A stretch of DNA of 64,000 nucleotides from Candidatus Hydrogenedentota bacterium (lineage in GTDB: Bacteria > Hydrogenedentota > Hydrogenedentia > Hydrogenedentales > SLHB01): contig BTVY01000018.1 in the NCBI GenBank assembly GCA_045863335.1, positions 47,101 through 111,100 on the forward strand, given 5' to 3'. The notes below the pieces were generated by a model. The model made no database searches, was not told where the DNA came from, and saw only the letters and a list, made by a program, of their open reading frames with translations. A program made the position numbers and the translations under genes. Below, one piece after another: positions 27,151 to 36,849 of the stretch. Position 1 is the first letter of the stretch. Each line of letters starts with the position of its first letter.

Positions 27151-27938
27151 AAGCGTCCTTGATTCTTGAATATGTGCTCTCGGTGATATGAAAGAAACTC
27201 TTCACTCGGTAGGAATTTCTCAGGCAGAGCAATGGGTTTTCCATCGAAAGTGACTAGCAAGCGTTGCCAAAATCTATCAGTTTCTTCACCGTAAGCCCGA
27301 GAGACTTTGATCGTCATCTCGGAAGTAACAGTGATAATACCCTGATCGAAAGCGCGGTCATGCAATGCGTTGAGACATAAGCCATTCCTTGGATTGAGTC
27401 GGTTTGCTGCATCCACGCGCCAGGGCAGAATATGACTAGCAACTAAAAGTTCAGGGACAGCGAGACCAGTAATACAGCAGCGATACTCATAAGAACTGAG
27501 CACAGAACGCCGAAAGAAGGCCTGACCGACTCTGGTTTTGGAAATACTTTGCGTCTCCTTACCTTCATAGTTGACGCACGCTGACGATTCACCTTCACGT
27601 GGAGCTTGAAACGAAAAGACATGACCGAGATCAAAGGTTTTCATTGCATCACGGCTCTCGTCACAAAACCGGCTCCAGTCCAAATGGATTTCTTCCCACA
27701 TGGCTCGATCCGTAGCCGACGCGCCCACAAGCCCCTTACGCCCACTTGATGTGATCGCAGGATCCAAACTCGCAATGTTCGTCAATTTCATCGCCAGAGC
27801 GGATGGCGTTCTGCCGATGCTCTCCGCGCATTGGACAATTAGAGGATTTCGCGAGTGCATTCTGCCAAAAGGCAATTGGCAGTAAAGATGAAATGCAACT
27901 AGCAGTTGATTTCGAGTCCAGGCAGCGTGTACCGGCAT
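27147..27938 (-). CDS. HNH endonuclease, restriction-like
   Basis: RVGQAFFRRSVL..Y..RCCITG, ASHILPW, NGLCLNALHDRAFDQG; helical N-terminal domain WTRNQL...GRTPSALAMKL; AT-richer than its flanks. Confidence 0.9.
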   Translation of the reverse strand: MPVHAAWTRNQLLVAFHLYCQLPFGRMHSRNPLIVQCAESIGRTPSALAMKLTNIASLDPAITSSGRKGLVGASATDRAMWEEIHLDWSRFCDESRDAMKTFDLGHVFSFQAPREGESSACVNYEGKETQSISKTRVGQAFFRRSVLSSYEYRCCITGLAVPELLVASHILPWRVDAANRLNPRNGLCLNALHDRAFDQGIITVTSEMTIKVSRAYGEETDRFWQRLLVTFDGKPIALPEKFLPSEEFLSYHREHIFKNQGRL

Positions 27939-28301
27939 TTCCACCTTTCCGAAATCTTCGTACGCGCGCGAGCCACCAACATCAGGTGACAACATTTCAA
28001 GGTATTAGCGAGAGCCGGGCAGAGTCTTGTATTTAGCCCAAGTCCCTTCACAATCGCTGCACATATAACACAGTGTAGTTGCAGAATCCAGGATTCGGCG
28101 GGCATAGGAAAGACTCGGACCCGATGTATTTCCTGTGCGACTTTAGCCTGGTGCGTATCATATTTGGTAACAGCCGCCTTCGTTTCCGGTAGAATTACAT
28201 GAAGGGGTCTGTCTACCGGGCGTTTGGGAGGCAGAGTCTTGAGCCAGGTCAAACCAGCGTTCACGAACCGTGCGAAACTTCGCGTAGTATCGGGGTGCAT
28301 C

Positions 28302-31064
28302 ATGCGTAAGTACTTACCTTTTCTCAGCATAGTCGTCTTGATCGCGCTGGCGGCGGGGTGTCCGCGGCCGCGGAACCGGAGTTTTGAATTCACGAGCGCG
28401 GACCTCCAGGGCGGGGGGCGCTGGACGAACTTCCTGGCGGGAGCCGCGGAAGATACGGCCGGCGGTGGGGAGACGGCGCCCGCCCCGACTCGGGAGATTG
28501 TCGAACCCGACGTGATCCGGCGGGACGGCGAGTTGCTCTACGTCCTGAACCAGTATCGCGGACTCACGATTGTCGATCTCGACACGGAGGAACTCGTCGC
28601 GCAGGTGCCGACCTACGGGTATCCGCGGGATCTGTACCTCGTGGGAGATCGGGCATATGTGCTCGTGGCGTACGCGTCGGAATTCGACGTGAAGGACGAC
28701 ACGATCTCGTACGACATCGAGTCGCGGTTGTACGTGGTCGATGTGGCGCAGCCGGACGAGGCCGAGATTCTCGGTTCCTTTGACCTGGAAGGCGACCTCG
28801 TCGAGAGCCGGCTTGTCGGCGATATTCTGTACGCGGTGGGCGCGGACTACGAGTGGTACTGGCTCGACGGCGGTGTGGCCGAGGGCGGCGGAGGAAGCGT
28901 AGTCAAAGCGCAAACGTCTGGCTCGTGGGTGACCAGCATCAACATCGCGGACCCGAACAACATATTTGAGGCGGATCAGATTTCCTTCGACGGACTCGGC
29001 AGCGTCATCCATGTGACGACCGAGGCCATCTACGTGGCGGCGAGCAGTTGGCAGACCGATTCGACGCAGATTACCTGCGTCGACATCAGCAACCCGGCGG
29101 GCGCGATGCAGGTGCGCGATTCGGTGGCGGTGCCGGGGCAGGTGGCCGACAAGTTCAAGATGGACGTGTGGAACCAGGTGCTGCGCGTTGTGTCGAGCGC
29201 CTGGAGCGACGAGCGCCGAATCTACGTGTCGACGGTCGACGTATCGGACCCGGACGATCTCGTACCGCTTGCGGAACTCGAATTTGAACGCGCACGCGGG
29301 GACTCCCTGTTCGCGACGCGCTTCGACGGGGCCCGCGCGTACATCGTGACGTACTTCGTTGTGGACCCGCTGTTTGTCGTCGATCTCTCCGATCCGGTGA
29401 ACCCGAGCATCGAAGGCGAACTGGAAGTGCCGGGCTGGTCCACCTACATTGAGCCCATGGGCGATCGGCTGCTGGCGCTCGGTGTCGACGACACGAACGG
29501 CCGCCGGGTCAGCATGAGCTTGTTCAACGTGGCGGACCCGGCCAATCCTTCGCTCATCGAACGTGTTTCCTTCGGCCAGAGTTGGAGTTGGTCGAGCGCG
29601 TACAACGACGTGAAATCCCTGACAGTGCTCGACGACCTGATTATCGTGCCGTTCTCAGGATGGGAGGATGACTTTGGCGGGTTCGAACGCCTGCAGTTTG
29701 TTTCCTACACCCCCGACGACCTCACGAAGAATGGCGTGGTCGACGTGGAAGGCACGGTGTTGCGGAGCTTCGAGTACAACAGCCTTTACTACGCGGCAAC
29801 GACGGAGCAGTTGGCGAAAATCGACGCGACCGATCGGAACGCGCCGCAGGTTGTCGACAGCATCGTGCTCGCGGAGAATGTCGCAGACTTTGTTGAGTTG
29901 TCCGCGAGTCTCGGCGTGGAGCTGATCACACAATATGACACGGGCCTGACGATCGCGCGCCGCGCCGACCTGCCGCTCAAGAGCCTCGCCGGCGAGGTAG
30001 AAGTGGAGATCGGCGAGTTGGTGGATGCCTTTGCATACGGCTCCTCGGTCGTTCTGGTTGGGGCGACGTGGGACGGCGAGTCCGCCTACAAGGTGGCCAT
30101 CGTCGACTTTACCGATCCCAATGCGCCGGAAATCGACGCGATCGTCGATGTCGACGTTTCACCTTACTACGGTTACTGGTGGTGGGGACCCTACCTCCCC
30201 TACATCGACACCGTCGGCGTTGCGAGCGATGCGCTCATCGCGCCGTGGTATCCCGTCCAGCAGCAGGGGTCGGCCTTCCTGATCGGCGACAATCTCGTGC
30301 TCCGCTGTTCCGCCGACTCGTACGATGATGTCATCGGCGGTGAGGCGCCGAATGAAGGATTGGCCATCGTCGACCTCACGCAACCAGCGTGGACTTCCAC
30401 CGTGGGCCTCGGATTCGAGCAAGTCGTTTCTGTGCATGAAGACAACGGCAAGGTCTACATCGCCAGCAAGGTCGCTATGAATTCGTTCAACGTGTTCGGC
30501 GATCCGTTGTGCGCCTACTTCGTCACGGCCTTCGACCCGGCGACCGGTGGGGCCAGCCCGACGGCCAACGTGCCCGGCATCTTCGTGCAGTACGACGCGG
30601 GAACGCAGATCATGACGTTGCGCGACGACCAATGGTCCGCTGGCTACGATTACACCAGCACGCTGAACACGGTCCAGTGGGCCGGCGGCGACACCGTCAC
30701 GGAACTGGACGAACTGACGCTGCCGGAGGGCACTTCAAACGTTCTGGGTCGCGGTAGCAGAATCTTCCTGGAGGCGTACGACAATGGCGTGCGTCTCTAC
30801 GGCGCTTCCGTCGCCGCGAACGGCAATCTGAGCCTTGGCCAAAGCACCCTGGTGACCGATGGCTGGGCCAACCTCATCGACGCGAAAGGCACCAGTGCGT
30901 ATCTCTCGGTCGGCGGCGGCGCCATCGTGCGGTACGATTGCGCAGGTAAGCCGGCGCTGGAGGAACTCGTCCAGGTCATGGGGACGCCTTCACAAATGCA
31001 CTTCGGATCGAGTGCCGCCTACGCGCCCCTGGGATACTTTGGCATCGTGTCGCTCGGACTCTAG
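28302..31064 (+). CDS. Secreted lipoprotein with a beta-propeller domain (PF09826-like)
   Basis: Lipobox AAGC; EPDVIR, FATRFDG.RAYIVT...VDPLFVVDLSDP..P...GELEVPGWSTYIEP motifs. Confidence 0.85.
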   Translation: MRKYLPFLSIVVLIALAAGCPRPRNRSFEFTSADLQGGGRWTNFLAGAAEDTAGGGETAPAPTREIVEPDVIRRDGELLYVLNQYRGLTIVDLDTEELVAQVPTYGYPRDLYLVGDRAYVLVAYASEFDVKDDTISYDIESRLYVVDVAQPDEAEILGSFDLEGDLVESRLVGDILYAVGADYEWYWLDGGVAEGGGGSVVKAQTSGSWVTSINIADPNNIFEADQISFDGLGSVIHVTTEAIYVAASSWQTDSTQITCVDISNPAGAMQVRDSVAVPGQVADKFKMDVWNQVLRVVSSAWSDERRIYVSTVDVSDPDDLVPLAELEFERARGDSLFATRFDGARAYIVTYFVVDPLFVVDLSDPVNPSIEGELEVPGWSTYIEPMGDRLLALGVDDTNGRRVSMSLFNVADPANPSLIERVSFGQSWSWSSAYNDVKSLTVLDDLIIVPFSGWEDDFGGFERLQFVSYTPDDLTKNGVVDVEGTVLRSFEYNSLYYAATTEQLAKIDATDRNAPQVVDSIVLAENVADFVELSASLGVELITQYDTGLTIARRADLPLKSLAGEVEVEIGELVDAFAYGSSVVLVGATWDGESAYKVAIVDFTDPNAPEIDAIVDVDVSPYYGYWWWGPYLPYIDTVGVASDALIAPWYPVQQQGSAFLIGDNLVLRCSADSYDDVIGGEAPNEGLAIVDLTQPAWTSTVGLGFEQVVSVHEDNGKVYIASKVAMNSFNVFGDPLCAYFVTAFDPATGGASPTANVPGIFVQYDAGTQIMTLRDDQWSAGYDYTSTLNTVQWAGGDTVTELDELTLPEGTSNVLGRGSRIFLEAYDNGVRLYGASVAANGNLSLGQSTLVTDGWANLIDAKGTSAYLSVGGGAIVRYDCAGKPALEELVQVMGTPSQMHFGSSAAYAPLGYFGIVSLGL

Positions 31065-31076
31065 GGCTATCGGAAC

Positions 31077-31123
31077 AAAAAATGGCGGATGGGTTCTCCG
31101 GGAACGGGGAACCCATCCGCTTC
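31077..31123. terminator. Probable intrinsic terminator, possibly bidirectional
   Basis: 15-bp stem GCGGATGGGTTCTCC/GGGGAACCCATCCGC with an A-tract on the left, between convergent genes. Confidence 0.75.
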
Positions 31124-31192
31124 TGCATCAAATCGCCAACCCACGACGCCCTAAGCCCTGCGCGCAAAACCGGAGATCGCGGCGCTGACTCG

Positions 31193-31654
31193 CTACGAAG
31201 CAAAATCCGCCACAGCCGGATGCACCAGATTTTCGAAATCGCGGTAACTCATCCGGATAAGCTCGGTATGGGTTCCCGCGTTGAACGCGATCTGCTCGTC
31301 TTGCGTCAGGTCTTCCTGCACCCAGACGTCCATGCCGTAGAGGTTGCCGAAAGGCGGCATAGCGCCCGTTTCGCAATCGGGAAAGAGCTTCTTCAAGTCT
31401 TCTTCCCGCGCGAGGTCAAGGTGTTTGGCTCCGGTAACTGACCGCAGCTTGTCCACGTCCAGATGATGGTGGGCGGGCAACACGGCCATGCAGACGCGTC
31501 CGTCCACCTTGACGATGACTGTTTTCGCGAACTCCCGTCCCTTGATGTGCGCGACCTGCGCGGTGCGCTGGGCCGTAAACGTCTGGGGGTGCGGAACGCT
31601 GCTGTGGGGTATGGCGTGCTGATCGAGGAAATCTTTAACGATTTGGGTTGCCAT
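31193..31654 (-). CDS. YbaK/EbsC family aminoacyl-tRNA deacylase
   Basis: AKTVIV, FPDCETGAMPPFG, FNAGTH motifs. Confidence 0.92.
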   Translation of the reverse strand: MATQIVKDFLDQHAIPHSSVPHPQTFTAQRTAQVAHIKGREFAKTVIVKVDGRVCMAVLPAHHHLDVDKLRSVTGAKHLDLAREEDLKKLFPDCETGAMPPFGNLYGMDVWVQEDLTQDEQIAFNAGTHTELIRMSYRDFENLVHPAVADFAS

Positions 31655-31787
31655 GGCTCTGCCTCCCTGGTTAGGGTCTGCGCGTGGCCAATGCTCCCTC
31701 CACGCTTCCATAGTAGATGGAAAACGGAATTCCGTCAACGAAAGAGTGGATTGCGGAGAAAGAAAGGCGTGGGAAAGGAGAATTCTG

Positions 31788-31985
31788 TCAGCGGGCGGAC
31801 CAAAATCGGTTCTTGCTGCCGCCGGGAGCGGCCTTCACGCGAATGGGCGCGGCGCACTTTGGGCAATGCCCCGCATACGCGTCACCCTTTTTGTTGAGGT
31901 AGATGCGCGCGTAGACGCCGCAGCATTCGAAGTGAATGCCAATAAACGGCTTTGGGGTCGGCCTATTTGGCGCGGGCTTTTGCAT
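31788..31985 (-). CDS. Small Cys-rich (zinc-ribbon-like) hypothetical protein
   Basis: FIGIHFECCGVYARIY...GHCPKC; last gene of a co-oriented run. Confidence 0.7.
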   Translation of the reverse strand: MQKPAPNRPTPKPFIGIHFECCGVYARIYLNKKGDAYAGHCPKCAAPIRVKAAPGGSKNRFWSAR

Positions 31986-32142
31986 CGGCCTTGTCTTTTG
32001 CGGCGTCCGCAACTTTGGGTTCGACCGCCGGAGCCGCTTTCCGGGCGAGCACCCGCTCTACAATGCTCCACGTCAGCCAGACGAATCCGCCGACAGCAAA
32101 GCCAGCGAGCAACGATCCCGCCAACATGGTCATGAACGACAT
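31963..32142 (-). CDS. 59-aa single-pass membrane protein (not in the ORF track)
   Basis: MSFMTMLAGSLLAGFAVGGFVWLTWSIVERVLARKAAPAVEPKVADAAKDKADAKARAK*; its ATG overlaps the upstream stop (TGATG). Confidence 0.6.
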   Translation of the reverse strand: MSFMTMLAGSLLAGFAVGGFVWLTWSIVERVLARKAAPAVEPKVADAAKDKADAKARAK

Positions 32143-33026
32143 CAGCGCGCATCCTCGTCCAGTTGTTTGGGCACATGCGGTATCAACGGCGGGACGGGCG
32201 ATCGCGATTCTGCGTCGTCGCTGTCGATCGCGCCCGCCTCGCGAATCTGTTCCCGCATCGCTTTCAGCTGCTCCTGCATGGCCTTCAACTGCGCAGCCAG
32301 CGCTTCGTTCGACTCGCGCAATGCCTCATTCGCTTCGCGAATAGCCTCGTGGGCCGCAACGATCTCGTCGCCAGTCGTGGTATCGGTCGGAGGAGCAACC
32401 CGAGGCGACTCGGGAGACTTCGGCATCGTCGGGACCGTTGGCGCCGCCGGAGCGACGACTGGCTTCTCCGCAGCGGGCGACACCGAAGCGGGTTTCTCTT
32501 TTACCTCGAGTGACACGTCGTCGAACCAAGCCGTCCCGGTTCCCTTCAGCACGCAACGGACCACGATGAAGTCCGTCCCTTCCGGCACGTCGGCTTCCAC
32601 GGTGACTTCCGTCCACGGCTGCGAGCCGCTAAGCGAATCGGTGTCGCCGGTACTCTCCTGGAGCAACACTTCCCAAGGGTCTTTTCGGAAGCACTGGATC
32701 CACAGCGCGGCTTCACCCGCTTCCTCGGTCTTGATCCACCCGCTCAGGACCACCGTGTCTTCCGAAAGATCGGCGAGTACGTTCTGGCTCCAGTTGTTGG
32801 CGGGTTCCTCGGCGTAGGGAAGCGCGTTGTGGAGGCGAACGGACCACTGCCCCTCGTGGGCCGCTGCGCCGTCAAGCTCCGCGAGCGAACCTTCCTGCGG
32901 TTCGACGTATACGTGCCATTGTGCAGGTAGGTCGCCCTGCCGCGTTTCAAACCCGGGGTTCTGAAGCAGATCGGCCCCCTGCGCAGAAAGCGCGGCACAG
33001 ACGGCAATGACGGCAAATCGATTCAT
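32142..33026 (-). CDS. Exported protein with a CBM4/9-like galactose-binding fold and a C-terminal coiled coil
   Basis: Signal peptide, LLQNPGFE, AHEG..S, LSGWIKT, GTAWFDDVSL; heptad-rich C-terminus. Confidence 0.75.
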   Translation of the reverse strand: MNRFAVIAVCAALSAQGADLLQNPGFETRQGDLPAQWHVYVEPQEGSLAELDGAAAHEGQWSVRLHNALPYAEEPANNWSQNVLADLSEDTVVLSGWIKTEEAGEAALWIQCFRKDPWEVLLQESTGDTDSLSGSQPWTEVTVEADVPEGTDFIVVRCVLKGTGTAWFDDVSLEVKEKPASVSPAAEKPVVAPAAPTVPTMPKSPESPRVAPPTDTTTGDEIVAAHEAIREANEALRESNEALAAQLKAMQEQLKAMREQIREAGAIDSDDAESRSPVPPLIPHVPKQLDEDAR

Positions 33027-33080
33027 GGCCGTAGTCTACAACCACGGGCGCGCCGCAATAAAGCGAATCGAGGACGTGGT

Positions 33081-34154
33081 CTAATTCGTCCGCATGCCCT
33101 GCATGCGCAACTTCAGGTCGCGCGGGCTCGTCGCATTCAGTAGCGCCACTTCCGGTGTGATCTTCTCGTCTTTGTACAACGTGAACAAGGCCTGATCAAA
33201 AGTCTGCATTCCGTACTGCTCGAAGCCTTCTTCGATAAGCTTCGTGATTTCCTTAAAACTCTTGCCCTGCTCGATGTGGTCGCGCACGGTCCGGTTGCCG
33301 ATCAGGATTTCCGCCGCTACGCATCGGCCCTCCCCCGCTTTCAGGGGAAGCAAGCGCTGTGACACGATGGCGCGCAGTACGCTGGCCAGTTGTTTGCGCA
33401 CCTGCAATTGCTGGTGCGGCTCGAAGAAGTCGAGCACGCGGTTCAAGGTCTCGACGGCGTCCACCGTGTGCAGGGTCGAGAGCACGAGATGGCCGGTTTC
33501 GGCGGAGGCAATAGCCGTGCGCACGGTTTCCGCGTCGCGCATTTCGCCGATGAGAATCACGTCCGGGTCCTGGCGCAAGGCCGCGCGCAAGGCGTTTGCA
33601 AAGGACAGCGTGTCGTGTCCGACCTCGCGCTGCGTGATGATGGCCTGCTTGTCGCGGTGAAGAAATTCCAGGGGGTCTTCAATGGTCACCACATGGACGG
33701 GACGTTTCTCGTTAATCTCGTTGATCATGGCCGCGAGGGAAGTTGACTTTCCGCTACCCGTGACGCCGGTGACCAACACGAGGCCGTTCTGGTTCATGCT
33801 CACTTTGCGAAGCACCGGCGGCAGCTTCAGATCGTCGATGGTTTTGATATCCATCGGAATGATACGAAGCACAATGCGGGTGTCGCCATCGTCGCGGCAC
33901 GCGTTCACGCGAAACCGGGCGATATCTTCCAGCATGTACGAGATATCGAGTTCCATGACCTTCTTGAACTTTTCGACATCGGAGGGCTTCGCGATGGAAG
34001 CCAACATCTCCATGACTTGATCTTCCGTCAAGGGGTCGCCCGGCTGCCGGACCAACGCGCCATCGACTCGAAAGATGGGAGGATTGTCGGTCTTGAGGTG
34101 GATATCCGATGCGCGCAGCTCGATGGCCTTATGCATCAAGTCGTGTAAGGTCAT
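33081..34154 (-). CDS. pilT: Type IV pilus retraction ATPase, PilT/PilU family
   Basis: ASDIHL, Walker A GVTGSGKST, TIEDPLE, ALRQDPDVILIGEMRD, ETGHLVLSTLH, GMQTFDQAL. Confidence 0.9.
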   Translation of the reverse strand: MTLHDLMHKAIELRASDIHLKTDNPPIFRVDGALVRQPGDPLTEDQVMEMLASIAKPSDVEKFKKVMELDISYMLEDIARFRVNACRDDGDTRIVLRIIPMDIKTIDDLKLPPVLRKVSMNQNGLVLVTGVTGSGKSTSLAAMINEINEKRPVHVVTIEDPLEFLHRDKQAIITQREVGHDTLSFANALRAALRQDPDVILIGEMRDAETVRTAIASAETGHLVLSTLHTVDAVETLNRVLDFFEPHQQLQVRKQLASVLRAIVSQRLLPLKAGEGRCVAAEILIGNRTVRDHIEQGKSFKEITKLIEEGFEQYGMQTFDQALFTLYKDEKITPEVALLNATSPRDLKLRMQGMRTN

Positions 34155-34231
34155 GGCGTTATGTTCCTCCCCTTGCCTTGCGGTCCCGTGTAATCATACC
34201 ACGAAAGCCGGAAATCCGGGGACGAAAGCTC

Positions 34232-35206
34232 TCAGGCCAGCGCAAGATTCGCGTACACGCCGGCGCGAAGGTCGCCGATCATGCCGTGTTCCAGCCGCGA
34301 TGCGCCCGCGGCGGCGATCATGGCGCCGTTATCGAGGCACAATGCGAAAGGCGGCATGCTCACCGGAACATCGAGGTCATTGGCCAAGCGCTCTCGAAGC
34401 AACTTGTTCGCCGCGACCCCGCCGGCCAGGACCAGACGATTGGCGCCGGTCTTCTCGATGGCCAGCTTCGTCTTGATGACGAGCGTATCGACGGCCGCGT
34501 GTTGGAAAGATGCAGCGACATCGGCTACCTGCAACGTCTCCTTCTGGAGCGCATACAGGACGGCGGTCTTGAGTCCGCTGTAGCTGAACTCGAGCGAGTC
34601 GCCCTTTGCCATGCCGCGCGGAAACTCGATGGCATGGGGATCGCCCGTTTCCGCCGCGCGTTGGATGGACGGACCACCCGGATAGGGAAGGTTCAGGAGT
34701 CGCGCGACCTTGTCAAAACACTCGCCTACCGCGTCGTCGCGCGTGGATCCGATGATGTCGTACCGGTGCGGGGCATCGCACCGAATGAGGCAGGTGTGTC
34801 CCCCGCTCACGATTAACGCCAGAAACGGAAACTCGGGCGGGTCGGGGCCGAGGAACGCGGAGAAGATGTGTCCTTCGATGTGATGGACCGGCACCAGCGG
34901 AACGCCCCACGCGTAGGCGAGGGCTTTGCCGAAATTGAGTCCCACCATGAGCGACCCCGACAGACCAGGCCCTTGCGTAACGGCGATGGCGTCGATTGAT
35001 CCGCCCGCAGAGTCAAGAGCGCGCTGCGTGAGTTGCGTGATGCATTCCGTGTGATGCCGTGACGCGATCTCCGGCACGACGCCGCCGAAGGGCGCATGGA
35101 TGGCCACCTGCGACGCGACTTCGTTTGCCAGAATCTCGCGGCCGTTCTGGAGCACGGCGACTCCCGTTTCGTCGCACGAGGTTTCTATGCCAAGTATCCG
35201 GCTCAT
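34232..35206 (-). CDS. tsaD: tRNA threonylcarbamoyltransferase
   Basis: ILGIETSCDET, GGVVPEIASRHH, HHIEGH, VSGGHT, DDAVGECFDK, DNGAMIA. Confidence 0.97.
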   Translation of the reverse strand: MSRILGIETSCDETGVAVLQNGREILANEVASQVAIHAPFGGVVPEIASRHHTECITQLTQRALDSAGGSIDAIAVTQGPGLSGSLMVGLNFGKALAYAWGVPLVPVHHIEGHIFSAFLGPDPPEFPFLALIVSGGHTCLIRCDAPHRYDIIGSTRDDAVGECFDKVARLLNLPYPGGPSIQRAAETGDPHAIEFPRGMAKGDSLEFSYSGLKTAVLYALQKETLQVADVAASFQHAAVDTLVIKTKLAIEKTGANRLVLAGGVAANKLLRERLANDLDVPVSMPPFALCLDNGAMIAAAGASRLEHGMIGDLRAGVYANLALA

Positions 35207-36849
35207 TCAATCAACTCCGAAACGTGGACTATCTCGATACCGGCCTTTTCGAATTCAGGAAGCATTTCGCGGAGAACCTCAACGCTCGTTCGGCGGAAAT
35301 GGCAGATGCCGATGGCCGTGCCCTGTTTCTTCGTCAGTTCGATCAATTGGTTGAACCGTTCCCGAATGTACGTTTTGTCCGACTCATGGTCAAGGAACAA
35401 ATCGCGCGACGCCGACGGAATATCCATCTCTTGCGCGATTTCAAAGGCCGTCGACGTCGAAATCGTGCGGCTGTCGATGAAGAACAAATCCAAGGGCTTG
35501 ATGCCTTCCAGGAACGCGCGCATGGATGCTGCATCGGAAGTAAACCGTGACCCGGTATGATTGTTGATCCCCGCGGCTCCCGGCACATCTTCCAGCGCGT
35601 CCTTCGTCAATCGATGGACTTCCTCGGCCGGCATACCGACGGTCAACTGGCCAGGAAACGTGTTATGGTCTGAAGAATTCTCCATGGGCATGTGTAGCAT
35701 GACTTCGAAGCCCAACTCCGTCGCGCGTTGTGCCGTGTCCGTGCTGTGCGGCGCCCACGGCAAGATGGACAACGTCAGCCTCGGATCGAGGGAGAGCACG
35801 CTCTCGCCAATCTCGCCGCCGTACCCGCCGTCGTCCACGATGATCGCCGCGCGAAGCGGTCCCTCCGCGGTTTTGGGCTTTTGCGGCATCGCGGGCGCGG
35901 TCGCGTCGCCGTTCAGGTGTTCCGACTCCAGCGGCAAGCTCTCCGGATCGGGGACCGGCGCCGGCGGCTCCTCGTCACTGGTTTCGGATTCCCCGGCAAG
36001 TGATTCGCCATCCAGAAGCATATCGGAAGGAGCGACGGGCGCATGGAGTGTAATACGAACGCATTCCAACCCCATGTAGAAAACGGTCACCTTCGTTTGG
36101 CCGGTAGTCTCCAACGATTCCACACGGATTTCCACGTCGTCGCGGCTGAGCGCAGTGGTGATACCGCCCGCGACCGTGTCCACATCGTCCTTCGACACAA
36201 CCCAGGCATCGACCGCAACCCGTTCCCAGAGGGTGTCCTCGTTCTCTTGAGGCTCAACGGTTCCCCGTTCGAACCGCTCGACGACCGGCGCCATACCGGT
36301 CAGGGTGTGTACGACTTCCTGCGCCAGACGCCGCGCCGGTTCGGTCAGATTCCTGCGGTCAGGGACTCCGGTGAGTGCGACTGTGGCGAAGTGCTTTCCG
36401 GCCGTAGAAAAACGCAAGACCCTGGTGTCCTCAGGCTGATCCGGCTCATCGAACACGGAGACGTTGCGTTCCGCCATGGTCCGGCGGAGCAGACGTTCCA
36501 TGCCACTGACACTGAGTTCCGGCGGTAAGTCGACCTTGTAGTCGCAGTATGCCCAGCGCGCCGTTTCGTCTCGACGCTCCTCTACTGCGGTTTTTTCTAT
36601 GCGAGCGGCAGGTACTTGGTTGTACGCGAAGAGGCGGTCCAGGTCGGCGATGCGCTCTTCCGTAAGGGGGTGGAAATCAACGGGCCGCGAATCGAGATAG
36701 CCCGCGATAAGCCCGGCGGCGGCAGCGGCGGCCAATCCGGCAAACACCAGCCCGATGAGAATCGCCTTCCACGAGGGCGGCGCGGGTGTGTGCGCGGACC
36801 CCGTGGCGATCTCCGGAGTTTCCGGTGCGCTATCGTTTTCCGGCGCCAT
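35203..36849 (-). CDS. Divergent polysaccharide deacetylase family protein (YibQ-like), membrane-anchored
   Basis: AIIVDDGG, EVMLHMPME, GINNHTGS, FFIDSRT, RDLFLD, AIGICH; TGATG coupling to murI. Confidence 0.9.
   Translation of the reverse strand: MAPENDSAPETPEIATGSAHTPAPPSWKAILIGLVFAGLAAAAAAGLIAGYLDSRPVDFHPLTEERIADLDRLFAYNQVPAARIEKTAVEERRDETARWAYCDYKVDLPPELSVSGMERLLRRTMAERNVSVFDEPDQPEDTRVLRFSTAGKHFATVALTGVPDRRNLTEPARRLAQEVVHTLTGMAPVVERFERGTVEPQENEDTLWERVAVDAWVVSKDDVDTVAGGITTALSRDDVEIRVESLETTGQTKVTVFYMGLECVRITLHAPVAPSDMLLDGESLAGESETSDEEPPAPVPDPESLPLESEHLNGDATAPAMPQKPKTAEGPLRAAIIVDDGGYGGEIGESVLSLDPRLTLSILPWAPHSTDTAQRATELGFEVMLHMPMENSSDHNTFPGQLTVGMPAEEVHRLTKDALEDVPGAAGINNHTGSRFTSDAASMRAFLEGIKPLDLFFIDSRTISTSTAFEIAQEMDIPSASRDLFLDHESDKTYIRERFNQLIELTKKQGTAIGICHFRRTSVEVLREMLPEFEKAGIEIVHVSELIE

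Noticed and set aside
27899-28393. 164-aa minus-strand ORF upstream of the HNH gene
   Set aside because: Overlaps both the HNH gene and the propeller gene, with no motif; could be a remnant but is unsupported.
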